From an uncultured Bacteroidales bacterium (GTDB lineage Bacteria > Bacteroidota > Bacteroidia > Bacteroidales > VadinHA17), in contig CAVYYH010000011.1 in the NCBI GenBank assembly GCA_963772705.1, positions 2,384 to 66,383 of the forward strand: a stretch of 64,000 nucleotides of DNA, given 5' to 3'. The first letter of the stretch is position 1. Every line of letters starts with the position of its first letter. Below are positions 1 to 8,990 of the stretch, in pieces. The position numbers and the translations under genes are program-made. Below the pieces are notes generated by a model. It did no database searches. It saw nothing but the letters and a program-made list of their open reading frames with translations, and had not been told where the DNA came from.

Positions 1-177
1 GCTCCTGCACACAAGACAGCTTTGTAATGGTTCTTGCACCCGGACACGCGCATCTGCCCGTAATATAAATTCAATATACCTTGACAGTTTTCTGGCCCCG
101 CTCAGGCGGGGTACCTGGACCCTGCCCGGATGCTGCGTCGGGTAATACAACCTCCCAATATTGCCGGGCCGTTAGGT
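1..177 (+). repeat. attC site, 3' portion (5' end cut by window edge)
   Basis: Near-identical to 763-853 plus 1027-1109. GC hairpin ccccgctcaggcgggg at 96-111. Ends with L'-like aatattgccgggccg and core GTTAGGT at 171-177. Confidence 0.7.
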
Positions 178-231
178 TTCAGGCAAGAACCACACGATTA
201 TAAAATTCTGTTATTTTAAAAAAGAAATCAT

Positions 232-672
232 ATGAGACATATTGCAATTATTATATGCTTAATATTCTTAATAGCATGCAATACCAGACCAAAACAACCT
301 GATAATTCTCCAATAAAAGCTCCAGAAGTTAGTGCATCAACAGATTCTATTGTACAATTTTTGCTTACCGCAGCTGCCTTAGATTTTTATAACCACCGTC
401 CCCCTGATCCTCTGCGATTCAGGGACGTGAGACTAGGGCACTTAACTGGATCAAATGGAGTAAGGAGGTATTTACTTTGTGGCCAGTTTCTCTCTGTGGA
501 GGAAAAAAACAAAGTTGAATGGATATCCTTCGTGACAATCAAGACAGATCCCTATGAACAATGGCTTGGTAATCAGGCTTATGCATATTGCAATGACACA
601 TCTGTCGTATGGGAGAATGTGAGTGATTTATCTTCTCTACTACAGATTAAATTAGATTCTTTGCGTAGATAG
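232..672 (+). CDS. hypothetical lipoprotein (cassette ORF)
   Basis: 146-aa ORF with a signal peptide and lipobox-like LIAC. Bounded by core GTTAGGT 171-177 and inverse core ACCTAAC 712-718. Confidence 0.6.
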   Translation: MRHIAIIICLIFLIACNTRPKQPDNSPIKAPEVSASTDSIVQFLLTAAALDFYNHRPPDPLRFRDVRLGHLTGSNGVRRYLLCGQFLSVEEKNKVEWISFVTIKTDPYEQWLGNQAYAYCNDTSVVWENVSDLSSLLQIKLDSLRR

Positions 673-711
673 TTTATAAAAACAATCTTGGAATTTAAAA
701 AGAGCCAGAAA

Positions 712-1109
712 ACCTAACACGGACGGTATAATTAATAAGCTCGTCACGGTTTTTGCTTTTGCTCCTGCACCCAAGACAGATTTGTAATGGTTCTTGCACC
801 CGGACACGCGCATCTGCCCGCAATTAAATTCTATACCTTGACAGTTTTCTGGCTTCGATCAACTTGTACCGCGACACTGCGCCAGTGCCCGCAACCAACT
901 TTGTAACCGGGGATAAGTTCGCGGCTCCGATCAAACTTGTACCGCGACACTCGTATAACTCACAAAACTTGTACCTGGATGGCAAAAACCGCGCCGTACT
1001 CTCCTCGCACCGTGACAGTTTTCTGGCCCCGCTGGCGCGGGGTACCAGGACTCTGCCCGGTGCTGTCGTCGGGTAACGCCCACTAAATTATACCGCCGGG
1101 CCGTTAGGT
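712..1109 (+). repeat. attC site, family A, about 398 bp (very long)
   Basis: R'' ACCTAAC 712-718 and R' GTTAGGT 1103-1109 are exact complements. L'' cacggacggtataatt faces L' aattataccgccgggccg with unpaired bases. Internal GC hairpin ccccgctggcgcgggg at 1027-1042. Confidence 0.75.
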
Positions 1110-1283
1110 TTAAGGCAGAGTCTTCTAATGACCATGAAAAAGCCCCCTTGAGAAAGAGATTGAATCATTAAATGTGTCAACGAAACTTCCTATGATTGGG
1201 TGGTTAGTAATAATATTTCAAGGTAAGCAAATACCCTATCTTTATAGTAACTTTGATTAGATTAACCTTCCAAAAATAAACTG

Positions 1284-1844
1284 ATGTGGATTGTAATTAT
1301 TTGCCTGGCCTACCTCTTTGGAATATCGGAATCCATACTTGCTTATGCCAGACGTTCAAAGAATAAGACTGTAAAAACCAGACGTGATAAAGGTTCGTTA
1401 ATAGCCCTTTATGTGGTATTCAGTATTAGCATGACGGCCGGTTTTATGCTGGCTGACTTCAGAACACGCACTGTATCTTATTACCTTACAGTATCTTGTG
1501 GACTGATCCTGTATTTACTTGGACTGATAATAAGGTGGACTGCCATTTTACAGCTTAAAAAAGCCTTTACAGTTGATGTTGCAATTAATCAGCAGCATGA
1601 GCTTAAAACCGATGGTATTTACAGTATAATCAGGCACCCGGCATACCTCGGACTTTGGCTTATCTTCATGGGACTGTCGGTTTCGTTGTACAGCATTTTA
1701 TCATTCATTTCAATTACAATTCCTGTTTTTCTAGTGATTTTGTACAGAATTAAAGTTGAGGAAAAGTTGCTGACTGAGGAATTTGGTGTTGAATATCAAA
1801 ATTATGCTAGGAATACGAGGAGACTGATTCCCTTTATATTTTAA
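1284..1844 (+). CDS. ICMT/phospholipid-methyltransferase-family membrane protein
   Basis: 186 aa, multi-TM. RHPAYLG motif followed by an EE..L region, typical of the isoprenylcysteine carboxyl methyltransferase superfamily. Confidence 0.65.
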   Translation: MWIVIICLAYLFGISESILAYARRSKNKTVKTRRDKGSLIALYVVFSISMTAGFMLADFRTRTVSYYLTVSCGLILYLLGLIIRWTAILQLKKAFTVDVAINQQHELKTDGIYSIIRHPAYLGLWLIFMGLSVSLYSILSFISITIPVFLVILYRIKVEEKLLTEEFGVEYQNYARNTRRLIPFIF

Positions 1845-1884
1845 TTCATTTGCATCTGGTAATCCTGATTTGAAACAGCCCTAA

Positions 1885-2143
1885 ACCTAACAGGTCGGTA
1901 TACGCAATTGGCTTCTGCACCGCGAGAACTCTCTGGCTAAAGAGGACCGTTAAGTACTCAGCGGTGCGGCCTGCCCCGGCTCCCGCCGGGGTACGGCGCG
2001 CCACCGTCCCGATGAATCGGGACGCCAACGCCACATTATTCGCCACTCACTACGGTTCGTGGCTCATGAGCTCGTCCCTGACATAGTTTCAGGCTAAAGT
2101 GTAGTTTTTTCGGCAGGATCCTCGGTTCCGCCGAACGTTATGG
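1885..2143 (+). repeat. attC site, family B, about 259 bp
   Basis: R'' ACCTAAC 1885-1891 followed by caggtcggtatacgcaatt. The 3' end is ggatcctcggttccgccgaacGTTATGG (2137-2143). GC hairpins at 1974-1991 and 2006-2023. Confidence 0.7.
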
Positions 2144-2760
2144 TGCATTTAAAAAAGACAGATATGAAAGATAAATTAGTGTTGAAAATTGGACTTATCC
2201 TCATTTGTATAAGTTTTAACTTATTTCAGAATAAAGCATTCTCTCAAGAGAAATACTTAATTGTACTTGATATTCAGAAATTTCCAAAAAAAAGCACACT
2301 ACTGGATAGTTCAGTTATGAAAATGATACAAAATGTAAATTCTTTGATAAGCCATTTCAATGCCGAGAATGTAATATATATTAAAGCAACAGGAAAGGCA
2401 ATAAGTATTACTTCAAAAGGATTTTCAATAGATACTTTGCCTGCCCCTGATTTTGATAGCACACTTAATATTGTGAGTAATAATATTTTTATCAAAATAG
2501 AAGGAGATGCATTTACCTCTGCAGAATTGATAAGTTTTCTGGAGAATAAAAAAGCAAAAGAGATTGTTTTGGTGGGTCTTATGGCAGAAAAATGTATTTA
2601 TAATACAGCTTTGGGTGGAAAAGACAAAGACTATGACATTACGATTGTACCCGAAGGGATTGTTGGTATGACACAAAAAAAGAAAGATAAAGCAATTGAA
2701 AAAATGAAAGTCAAAGGAATTAAATTTTTACCAATGTCAGCAATAATCAGCGCACCATAA
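2140..2760 (+). CDS. isochorismatase-family cysteine hydrolase (secreted)
   Basis: LIVLDIQ and EIVLVGLMAEKCI motifs. The likely true start is ATG 2164 (MKDKLV signal peptide). The stop TAA lies inside the next attC inverse core ccaTAAc. Confidence 0.6.
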   Translation: MVHLKKTDMKDKLVLKIGLILICISFNLFQNKAFSQEKYLIVLDIQKFPKKSTLLDSSVMKMIQNVNSLISHFNAENVIYIKATGKAISITSKGFSIDTLPAPDFDSTLNIVSNNIFIKIEGDAFTSAELISFLENKKAKEIVLVGLMAEKCIYNTALGGKDKDYDITIVPEGIVGMTQKKKDKAIEKMKVKGIKFLPMSAIISAP

Positions 2761-2886
2761 CACATGGTATAGTACATGCGGGTTTCAGAGGTTTTCGAAG
2801 GTTTATAGTACGTAAAAAAGGTAAGTGTAAACTGATAGGAAATCGCTTCGTAATCCCGCACGACACCATACCATCAGCCGTTAGGT
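2755..2886 (+). repeat. attC site, canonical length (132 bp)
   Basis: R'' CCATAAC 2755-2761 and R' GTTAGGT 2880-2886. Inner inverted repeat acatggtatagtacatgcggg / cccgcacgacaccataccat with mismatches and bulges. Confidence 0.75.
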
Positions 2887-2920
2887 GCAAGGCAATGCTA
2901 AACCCCAAGCAACTGATAAA

Positions 2921-3373
2921 ATGAGATCTGCCACAATAACTTGTTTCATTATTCTATTGATTAACTTGAACCTGAAAGGTCAAACCAAGATCATTACAGG
3001 CAGAGTAATAGATGAAGATTTTGAAACCATACCATTAACTATGATTCAAAACTCTGATTCAATTCTTATCGGACAGACAGATCTGGACGGTTACTTTAAT
3101 ATTGAAATCCCATTAGAAACTGATACTCTATTTTTCAGGTTTATTGCAATGGAATGGAAAACAATCACACTAACTCCTGATTGCGATACTATTGACGTAA
3201 TCCTTATGCATGACGCTATTTATGATTTTATGACAGCTACTAAGATTGATAGACTCCGTATGAAAAGATTCAAACAGTTGCCTGAGTTGCATCAAAAAGC
3301 CTATGAAAAAGGACTGTTTACCACTGTGCAACCTTGTTATGAGCAAGATTTTGTTCCAATAAAAAAAGATTAA
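2921..3373 (+). CDS. carboxypeptidase-regulatory-like (CarboxypepD_reg) domain protein
   Basis: Signal peptide, then GRVIDEDFETIP...DLDGYFNIEIP. The ORF-track start 2885 is a GTG inside the attC core, so ATG 2921 is preferred. Confidence 0.5.
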   Translation: MRSATITCFIILLINLNLKGQTKIITGRVIDEDFETIPLTMIQNSDSILIGQTDLDGYFNIEIPLETDTLFFRFIAMEWKTITLTPDCDTIDVILMHDAIYDFMTATKIDRLRMKRFKQLPELHQKAYEKGLFTTVQPCYEQDFVPIKKD

Positions 3374-3411
3374 ATGCCTTTAAGCAACAGAGAGAAAATG
3401 AATTGCCCAGC

Positions 3412-3678
3412 ACCTAACAGGTCGGTATATGCAATTAACTCCCCCTTCTTAGCATGGCTGGTTGAGCTCAACCTCAGAAGATGCAAAGAATATTTAACCC
3501 AATAGTGGCTGAGGCCTCGGTTGGCTTTCCGTAATGCGAGAATAATGTATTAACCGCATAACCCTGCATCGCATCACGAGTGCGAAAACACCCCGACCTC
3601 TTCGCGTTCGGCACGGGGCACGGCGCGCCACTGTCCGCCAGATGGCGGACCAACTGCACATATTGTCGAACGCTATTT
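3412..3678 (+). repeat. attC site, family B, about 267 bp, degenerate 3' core
   Basis: R'' ACCTAAC 3412-3418 plus caggtcggtatatgcaatt. Shares the module ggcacggcgcgccac + hairpin (3633-3650) with the 1885 element. The 3' end tcgaacGCTATTT is a degenerate core. Confidence 0.6.
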
Positions 3679-3685
3679 GCAATGC

Positions 3686-4590
3686 ATGACAAATACACAT
3701 ATTTACAAGCTCATTTATATGGACAATTACTTGACAGTCTTTAGAAATGAATCGGGAAAACAATTAGTCTTTGAGGCTTATGATTCAGTCATTAACTCAA
3801 TAGGAATTCAATTTGAAGAAATCTATCTGCCCACAAGACTAGGGGAAACTCATATATTAGTCTCGGGTGATAGAAAAAATCCTCCATTGCTACTGGTACA
3901 TGCCTATTATGCATCAGCTGCGTCTTGGTATAAAAACCTGAAGTCGTTATCTGAAAGATTCCGTGTTTATAATGTTGATATAATTGGTGACCCAAATAAA
4001 AGCAAACCGATAAAATTAATACGGCAACTAGATGACTTCCTCGACTGGTTTGAAGATATAATGCAAGGGTTGAACCTTGAAAATGCTGATTTCATTGGCA
4101 ATTCTGTTGGAGCCTTTCATATCACAAATTTTGCAATACATTCGCCAAATCGTGTAAAAAAGATGGTATTGATAGGTCCAGCTGCAACATTTAGACAAAT
4201 TATGCCATTTTATATTAAATACATTTCCTGGTGGAATTACCGGTTGGTCTTTTTTAGTTAATCATGCAATTAAATGGGTAGAAAATGGAGTTGAATTTGA
4301 TCATGAATTCAGAAAGCTATTCTTTTTACTGTTAAAATATGGGAAAGCTACAAATCAAGTATTTCCTGCGGTATTTACAGATCATCGATTTAAAAAAAAT
4401 TAAAACTGCCCACACTACTTATTTATGGAGATAAAGAAAATATCTACAATTATAATTTGGCAATAATCAGAGCAAAAGAGCATATTGAAAACTTAAGAGT
4501 AAGGATTATTAAAGAATGGTAATCATATTACTGCAGCGACAAACTGACGAAATGATAAATAAAGAACTATTGGATTTTCTTAAGGATTAA
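3686..4590 (+). pseudogene. alpha/beta hydrolase, multiple frameshifts
   Basis: The N-terminal 194-aa ORF (HAYYASAASW, GNSVGAF nucleophile-elbow-like) continues in other frames (NHAIKWVENG..., KLPTLLIYGDKENIY..., EMINKELLDFLKD). The breaks fall at T6 and A8 homopolymers. Confidence 0.6.
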
Positions 4591-4601
4591 AATGGCAAAG
4601 C

Positions 4602-4921
4602 ACATAACACGGACAGTATAATTAATGGGTTTGTCATGCTTTTTGCGGGGATTTCTGCCCTTAACTGGGGAAAGGTACTCAACACGCACCTCGATCGCCC
4701 CACTGCCCTTTAAACAGTTTCAGCGATCTGACTATTTCGCTATACCTATCAAATCTGTATCGCGAAACACGTAAATTTCTCACAGTTTTGTACCATGATT
4801 CAAAAAAGCACGCAATACCTTTCTCACATCACCATGACAGGCCGCTCGGTATCGCACCATGACAAAACACATTGGAGCTCGTCGGGGAACGCCCAATAAT
4901 TATATCGCCGGGCCGTTATGT
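4602..4921 (+). repeat. attC site, family A, about 320 bp
   Basis: R'' ACATAAC 4602-4608 and R' GTTATGT 4915-4921 are exact complements. L'' cacggacagtataatt faces L' aattatatcgccgggccg. The centre is homologous to 856-1011. Confidence 0.75.
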
Positions 4922-5133
4922 TTAAGCCTTAAAACCACTGATTACGAGCCAATTTCGTCTTGACAACCTAGGCCTAAGCATAACTCCTAGAAAAGTAGAT
5001 TATCTTTGATTAACTTAACAATTGTGTAAATAGTTATAAACATTGGCCATAGCATCAATATAAATTACTTCCATGTACACAGAGTATTATAATTCTAGCC
5101 TTTGCGTATTTATATTGATTCTTTGAGTTCTAT

Positions 5134-5622
5134 ATGAATGCGAGAATAAAAAAGAAGAGTAGCATTGTTAAATCCAGTGACAAAGGAAGCATTCGCTTTC
5201 TCTTTACATTAATTCAGATTGGCTGCTTGCTTTCATTCGGTATTGGCGCAACAAAAGTAGGTATGATTAATGATTGGAATATCTTATTTATCATTGGAGC
5301 AGTACTGATAATATTTGGAATTATAATAAGATTAAACTCAATCATGACACTTAGGCGACAATATACCTATACTGTAACAAGGATTGAGAATCATGCGCTA
5401 ATTGAATCAGGATTATATAAGACTATTAGGCATCCTGGATATCTGGGACTTGTAATTATTTTTCTCGGGATTTCAACTGCATTATCAAATTGGTTGTCAA
5501 TCATCTTGATGATCATTCCGGTCATCATTGGAATTATGAATCGAATACGAGTTGAAGAAAGTTTTCTAATCGAACAAATGGGTCAAAAATATACTGATTA
5601 TCAAAGCGGACAAAGAAGTTAA
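5134..5622 (+). CDS. ICMT/phospholipid-methyltransferase-family membrane protein
   Basis: 162 aa, multi-TM, with RHPGYLG and RVEESFL motifs. Paralogue of 1284-1844. Confidence 0.65.
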   Translation: MNARIKKKSSIVKSSDKGSIRFLFTLIQIGCLLSFGIGATKVGMINDWNILFIIGAVLIIFGIIIRLNSIMTLRRQYTYTVTRIENHALIESGLYKTIRHPGYLGLVIIFLGISTALSNWLSIILMIIPVIIGIMNRIRVEESFLIEQMGQKYTDYQSGQRS

Positions 5623-5705
5623 TTCCAAATATTTTTTAGCAAATAGGAAGTGCCAACATTAGGGTGAAGTATATAATCAATAAAATACTTTTATAACCTA
5701 AAAAA

Positions 5706-6056
5706 ATGAAACCCACAGTATTAATGAACATCGTCCGTTGGTCGGCTCGCATTATCGGAACATTAATAGTTGCATTCACTTTGTTAATTGGCATTGGTGA
5801 AATGCTTGAGGGGCGTAGTAGGCCTGCTTCTGAACCCAATATCTATAATATTATAACCTTTGTGGTCTGGGGAACAGGACTTTCCGGATTAATATTAGCA
5901 TTATGGAAAGAAGGTTTGGGAGGAATAGTCTCATTGCTTTGTTTTATAATCTTTAATATTCTTGCTGCGATGAATCCTACTCCCGGATCCAGATACATGT
6001 ATATACTTCTGTTTTTATGCTCCCATCATTATTATATTTACTTTACTGGTGGTTAA
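5706..6056 (+). CDS. small integral membrane protein (3' end possibly frameshifted)
   Basis: 116 aa with 3-4 hydrophobic helices. An alternative frame after the T5 run near 6010 continues as LPSLLYLLYWWLKRNSF to about 6110. Confidence 0.45.
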   Translation: MKPTVLMNIVRWSARIIGTLIVAFTLLIGIGEMLEGRSRPASEPNIYNIITFVVWGTGLSGLILALWKEGLGGIVSLLCFIIFNILAAMNPTPGSRYMYILLFLCSHHYYIYFTGG

Positions 6057-6196
6057 AAAGGAATTCTTTCATTAAAATTTCAGAAAACTCAACCACCGGG
6101 CTGTGATGGGCAGATTTAATCGTGCAAACTCCGAAAGGCAACCATGTCACTCGACAACCAGGAGTATCTGGAGTAATTATATTTTATAAAACCAGC

Positions 6197-6442
6197 CCAT
6201 AACACGGACAATATTGGTAAGTTGTCAATCCTACGCCAAAGCAATGGAGGGCAAAGACGGCAAAAAGTGCGCCCCCGTCTAACCCTGCTCATCGGGGCAC
6301 AGCATACCCTCCTTCGTACTCCGAAGCTTTAGCGAAGTAGTACTTTGCACCGTGCTCCGCCAGCTGCCAGCTAAAGTACCGGGATTAGTGCACGATTTGG
6401 CGTCAGGTAACACCTACTATTTTTATTGCCGGGCCGTTAGCG
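6197..6442 (+). repeat. attC site, family C 5' end with A-like 3' end, about 246 bp
   Basis: R'' CCATAAC 6197-6203 plus cacggacaatattggtaagttg. The 3' end is ttttattgccgggccGTTAGCG (6436-6442). GC hairpin ccccgtctaaccctgctcatcgggg. Confidence 0.65.
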
Positions 6443-6515
6443 TTCATGCTAAGACTCCCTACAAATATCAGGATACACCAAGAACCTCTGAATAATTCTT
6501 TAAAAGAACTGTTTT

Positions 6516-7271
6516 ATGACAAAAAACTTCTTAATCTTAACATTTCTGAGCTTTGGGCTAATGGCTGCTGCTCAAACTAAACCAATCATAGAATGGGTAT
6601 CAATTCCTGCCGGAACCTTTACAATGGGTAGTCCCGAAAGTGAGGTTGACAGAAGTAAAAATGAAACTCAGCATCAGGTAACGCTAAGTGCTTTTATGAT
6701 GAGTAAATACGAGATAACCTTTGAACAATACGATTTATTTTGCGATGCCACTGGCAGAAAAAAACCTGGTGATGAAGGCTGGGGTAGAAACAGCCATCCG
6801 GTAATAAATGTAAGTTGGGACGACGCCACTGCCTTTGCCAATTGGATGGGTTGCCGCTTACCTACCGAATCCGAGTGGGAATATGCAGCGCGCGGAGGGA
6901 CTTCCACTCCGTTTGATACAGGCAATAATCTTACTACTTCTCAGGCAAATTATGACGGGAATAATCCCTATAACAGCAATGCAAAAGGAGAATACAGAAA
7001 AAGAACTTTGCCGGTAGGAAGCTTTGAATCAAATGAATATGGTTTATTCGATATGCATGGTAATGTTTGGGAATGGTGCAGTGATTTGTATGGACCTTAC
7101 TCCACCTATCCACAAATAGACCCTCAAGGAGCAACATCAGGTAAAGCCCGTGTACGGCGTGGTGGCGGTTGGAATGACTTTGCGAGGCGTTGCCGGTCAT
7201 CATACCGCGACAACGTCTCTCCTGGATATTCCGACTATTCTATAGGTATCCGTCTTGTCAAATCTAAATAG
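6516..7271 (+). CDS. formylglycine-generating-enzyme (SUMF1/FGE-sulfatase) domain protein, secreted
   Basis: HPVINVSWDDATAFANWMG, RLPTESEWEYAARGG, GNVWEWCSD and RVRRGGGWN motifs. Has a signal peptide. Confidence 0.8.
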   Translation: MTKNFLILTFLSFGLMAAAQTKPIIEWVSIPAGTFTMGSPESEVDRSKNETQHQVTLSAFMMSKYEITFEQYDLFCDATGRKKPGDEGWGRNSHPVINVSWDDATAFANWMGCRLPTESEWEYAARGGTSTPFDTGNNLTTSQANYDGNNPYNSNAKGEYRKRTLPVGSFESNEYGLFDMHGNVWEWCSDLYGPYSTYPQIDPQGATSGKARVRRGGGWNDFARRCRSSYRDNVSPGYSDYSIGIRLVKSK

Positions 7272-7297
7272 ACAACTATCTAAATATCAGCACTAAA

Positions 7298-7379
7298 TGC
7301 TGACAGGTGAGTATTTGCAATTGTCTTCTGTGCCGCGAAAATTTAGAAGCAACCATGCACATACCGGCGAAAATTAGCC
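7298..7379 (+). repeat. degenerate attC (family B-like, about 82 bp)
   Basis: tgctgacaggtgagtatttgcaattg resembles acctaacaggtcggtatacgcaattg. The 3' side gcacataccggcgaaaATTAGCC has a mutated core. Confidence 0.4.
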
Positions 7380-7417
7380 GCAAGCTTTAGATTTCACAAC
7401 CAAATGAATCAATAATC

Positions 7418-7795
7418 ATGAAAAAAATGAGGCAAGATTTTGAACCTCCTGAAGCAATTGTCAAATGGGGATGGAAATTCCACCATATTGGAATTCCTAC
7501 TACTGAAGAAATGCCTGATGAGGATTATCTTCCACAGTTTAAGTTTTATGCTTCTGGCTTTCCATCATCACCATTCGGTATAGAATGGATGCGATTTGAA
7601 AAAGACTCGCCAATTAACTCGTTAATTCAAAAAGTGCCTCATGTTGCTTTTGAAGTGGAGAATCTTGATTTGGAACTTAAAATACACCAGTTTAATATCT
7701 TAACTAAAACAAATAGTCCAGGTAATGGAGTGAGGGTTGCCATGATTGAACACAATGGAGCACCGATTGAATTAATTGAATTCGTAAAAGAATAA
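7418..7795 (+). CDS. small VOC/glyoxalase-like protein
   Basis: 125 aa with HHIGIPT and HVAFEV patterns reminiscent of the VOC fold. Weak call. Confidence 0.4.
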   Translation: MKKMRQDFEPPEAIVKWGWKFHHIGIPTTEEMPDEDYLPQFKFYASGFPSSPFGIEWMRFEKDSPINSLIQKVPHVAFEVENLDLELKIHQFNILTKTNSPGNGVRVAMIEHNGAPIELIEFVKE

Positions 7796-7804
7796 ACAGC
7801 CGAT

Positions 7805-7828
7805 GGCTAACAGGCCGGTATGTTAGGC
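7805..7828 (+). repeat. 24-bp mini attC-like hairpin (inverse core plus half L-box fused to core)
   Basis: GGCTAAC-aggccggtat-GTTAGGC: a family B 5' start abutting a core heptamer directly. Confidence 0.35.
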
Positions 7829-7894
7829 TTCAGCGATGGCAGAGTGCCATAAATTCAGTTAAAGAAGTATTCACGTTGGTAAAGGAGATTACAA

Positions 7895-8801
7895 ATGATT
7901 AAAAAAGTACCCTATAATATCCATTTTGATCTTTTCACTCGTATTATCAGGGTGTGGTTCAAAAGACATTTACAAAAACAAAACTGAGTCACAGAAAATT
8001 GACTCATTAATAAAAGTTCAGGAAATTAATGACAGGACAGTTCTTGTAAAATTTGGTTATGATGCGATAACTGCAATAAAAACCACAAAAGGGATTGTTC
8101 TAATTGATGCGGGAATATCGACATCATTAACAGCACGGTACAAGAATATTATTGAAAACAAATTCGATAACAATAATTTCGTTTATGTAATCAATTCTCA
8201 TGGACACCATGACCATATAAGAGGTAATAGTCTCTTCCCGAAAGCACAGGTCATTGGACATGAAAATTGCCGGAAGGATGGATTTGTGAATCAAAATCCA
8301 GATAGTTTGTCGGTTAGAGTGGGCAAAATTGCAGACGATTATGAGCTTCAGCTTCAGCAATCAATTCCTAATACTGCAGAATGGGATGATATTTTTACTC
8401 AGAAAATCAGGTACAAGGGGGCATATTACGACATAAAAAACCAATATCCCTTTCAGATATCCTGATATCATATTCCCGATAGTATGAAGCTTGAGTGTGG
8501 CGACACTTCTTTTGAAATGATCTATTTTGGCAAATTTCATTCTGCCAGTGATATATTAATCTATGTACCCGAAATGAAAGTACTCTTTACCGGAGATTTA
8601 TTTTCAAAGTATGGCAGGCCAAGCTTTGGCAACTCATCTGACACAGATAATAACAGATGGCTGCATGCAAATAAGTGGATAAATAAAAGGATAAATAATA
8701 TTGAAACAATAATTGATGGTCATGGCCAGATCTTAACAACCGATGACCTTAGAATGTTTAATGAAAATCTTTTATTAAAGTACTCAAAGGAATCTGAATG
8801 A
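7895..8801 (+). pseudogene. MBL-fold metallo-hydrolase lipoprotein, frame-disrupted
   Basis: HGHHDH motif. ATG 7895 (MIKKVPYNI) is out of frame with the lipobox LVLSGC. There is an in-frame TGA at 8463-8465, while an alternative frame reads RYPDIIFP, matching the paralogue at 22046-22928. The sequence resumes as MKLECGDTSFEMIYFGKFHSASD. Confidence 0.65.
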
Positions 8802-8830
8802 CACCCATGTGTCGTTTATTAAGTGTTTCA

Positions 8831-8905
8831 TCCTGACACGATAATTTCTGCTCTTCGTAAGGGACAATACCCTCGCGCGACAGAAAATTTGCCATCCCGT
8901 CCTCA
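8831..8905 (+). repeat. degenerate attC-like site (about 75 bp)
   Basis: TCCTGAC, then ataatttctg ... cagaaaattt inverted repeat, then ccatcccGTCCTCA. The cores deviate from consensus. Confidence 0.4.
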
Positions 8906-8990
8906 TATGCCAAATTCATTAATCTCAATCTGATAAATTTGTTTTACTTTTCTAAAAATAGATAAAACGCATCCATATAAATCAATCATT

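Noticed and set aside
864-1076. 70-aa + strand ORF (MYRDTAPVPATNF...)
   Set aside because: It lies entirely inside the repetitive centre of the attC at 712-1109, its GC-rich composition comes from the repeat, and it has no start context. It is most likely spurious.
1846-2046. 66-aa minus-strand ORF; likewise the minus-strand ORFs at 3474-3698 and 3494-3763
   Set aside because: They fall within the GC-rich centres of the family B attC elements and run opposite to every real gene in the array. They are open-frame artefacts of GC-rich repeats.
4978-5039. A possible extra, ORF-less attC (taagcataac ... aGTTATAA) in the 212-bp leader of ORF 5134
   Set aside because: Only the 10-nt match to the inverse-core region of the 15333 site and a 5-6-nt complement support it. 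There are no L-box inverted repeats.
712-6442. The long GC-rich elements as MITEs, REP elements or ORF-less group II (IIC-attC) introns
   Set aside because: They occur once per gene in one orientation. They start right after stop codons with RYYYAAC-like heptamers and end with GTTRRRY-like heptamers, which fits attC better. At 130-400 bp they are too short for a group II ribozyme, and I see no domain V-like motif. A MITE-like origin for the inserted 174-bp module is kept as a separate finding.
7881-7897. The strong Shine-Dalgarno-like aaaggag 8 nt before ATG 7895 (and aggag before ATG 24926) as evidence of foreign, SD-using origin
   Set aside because: There are only two such cases among about 60 genes, which is too few to support a claim.
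8463-8465. The in-frame TGA in the MBL hydrolase as selenocysteine or programmed readthrough
   Set aside because: An alternative frame across 8452-8480 reads RYPDIIFP, matching the paralogue (RVPDIIFSDS). Two compensating indels explain the stop. No SECIS-like hairpin is evident.
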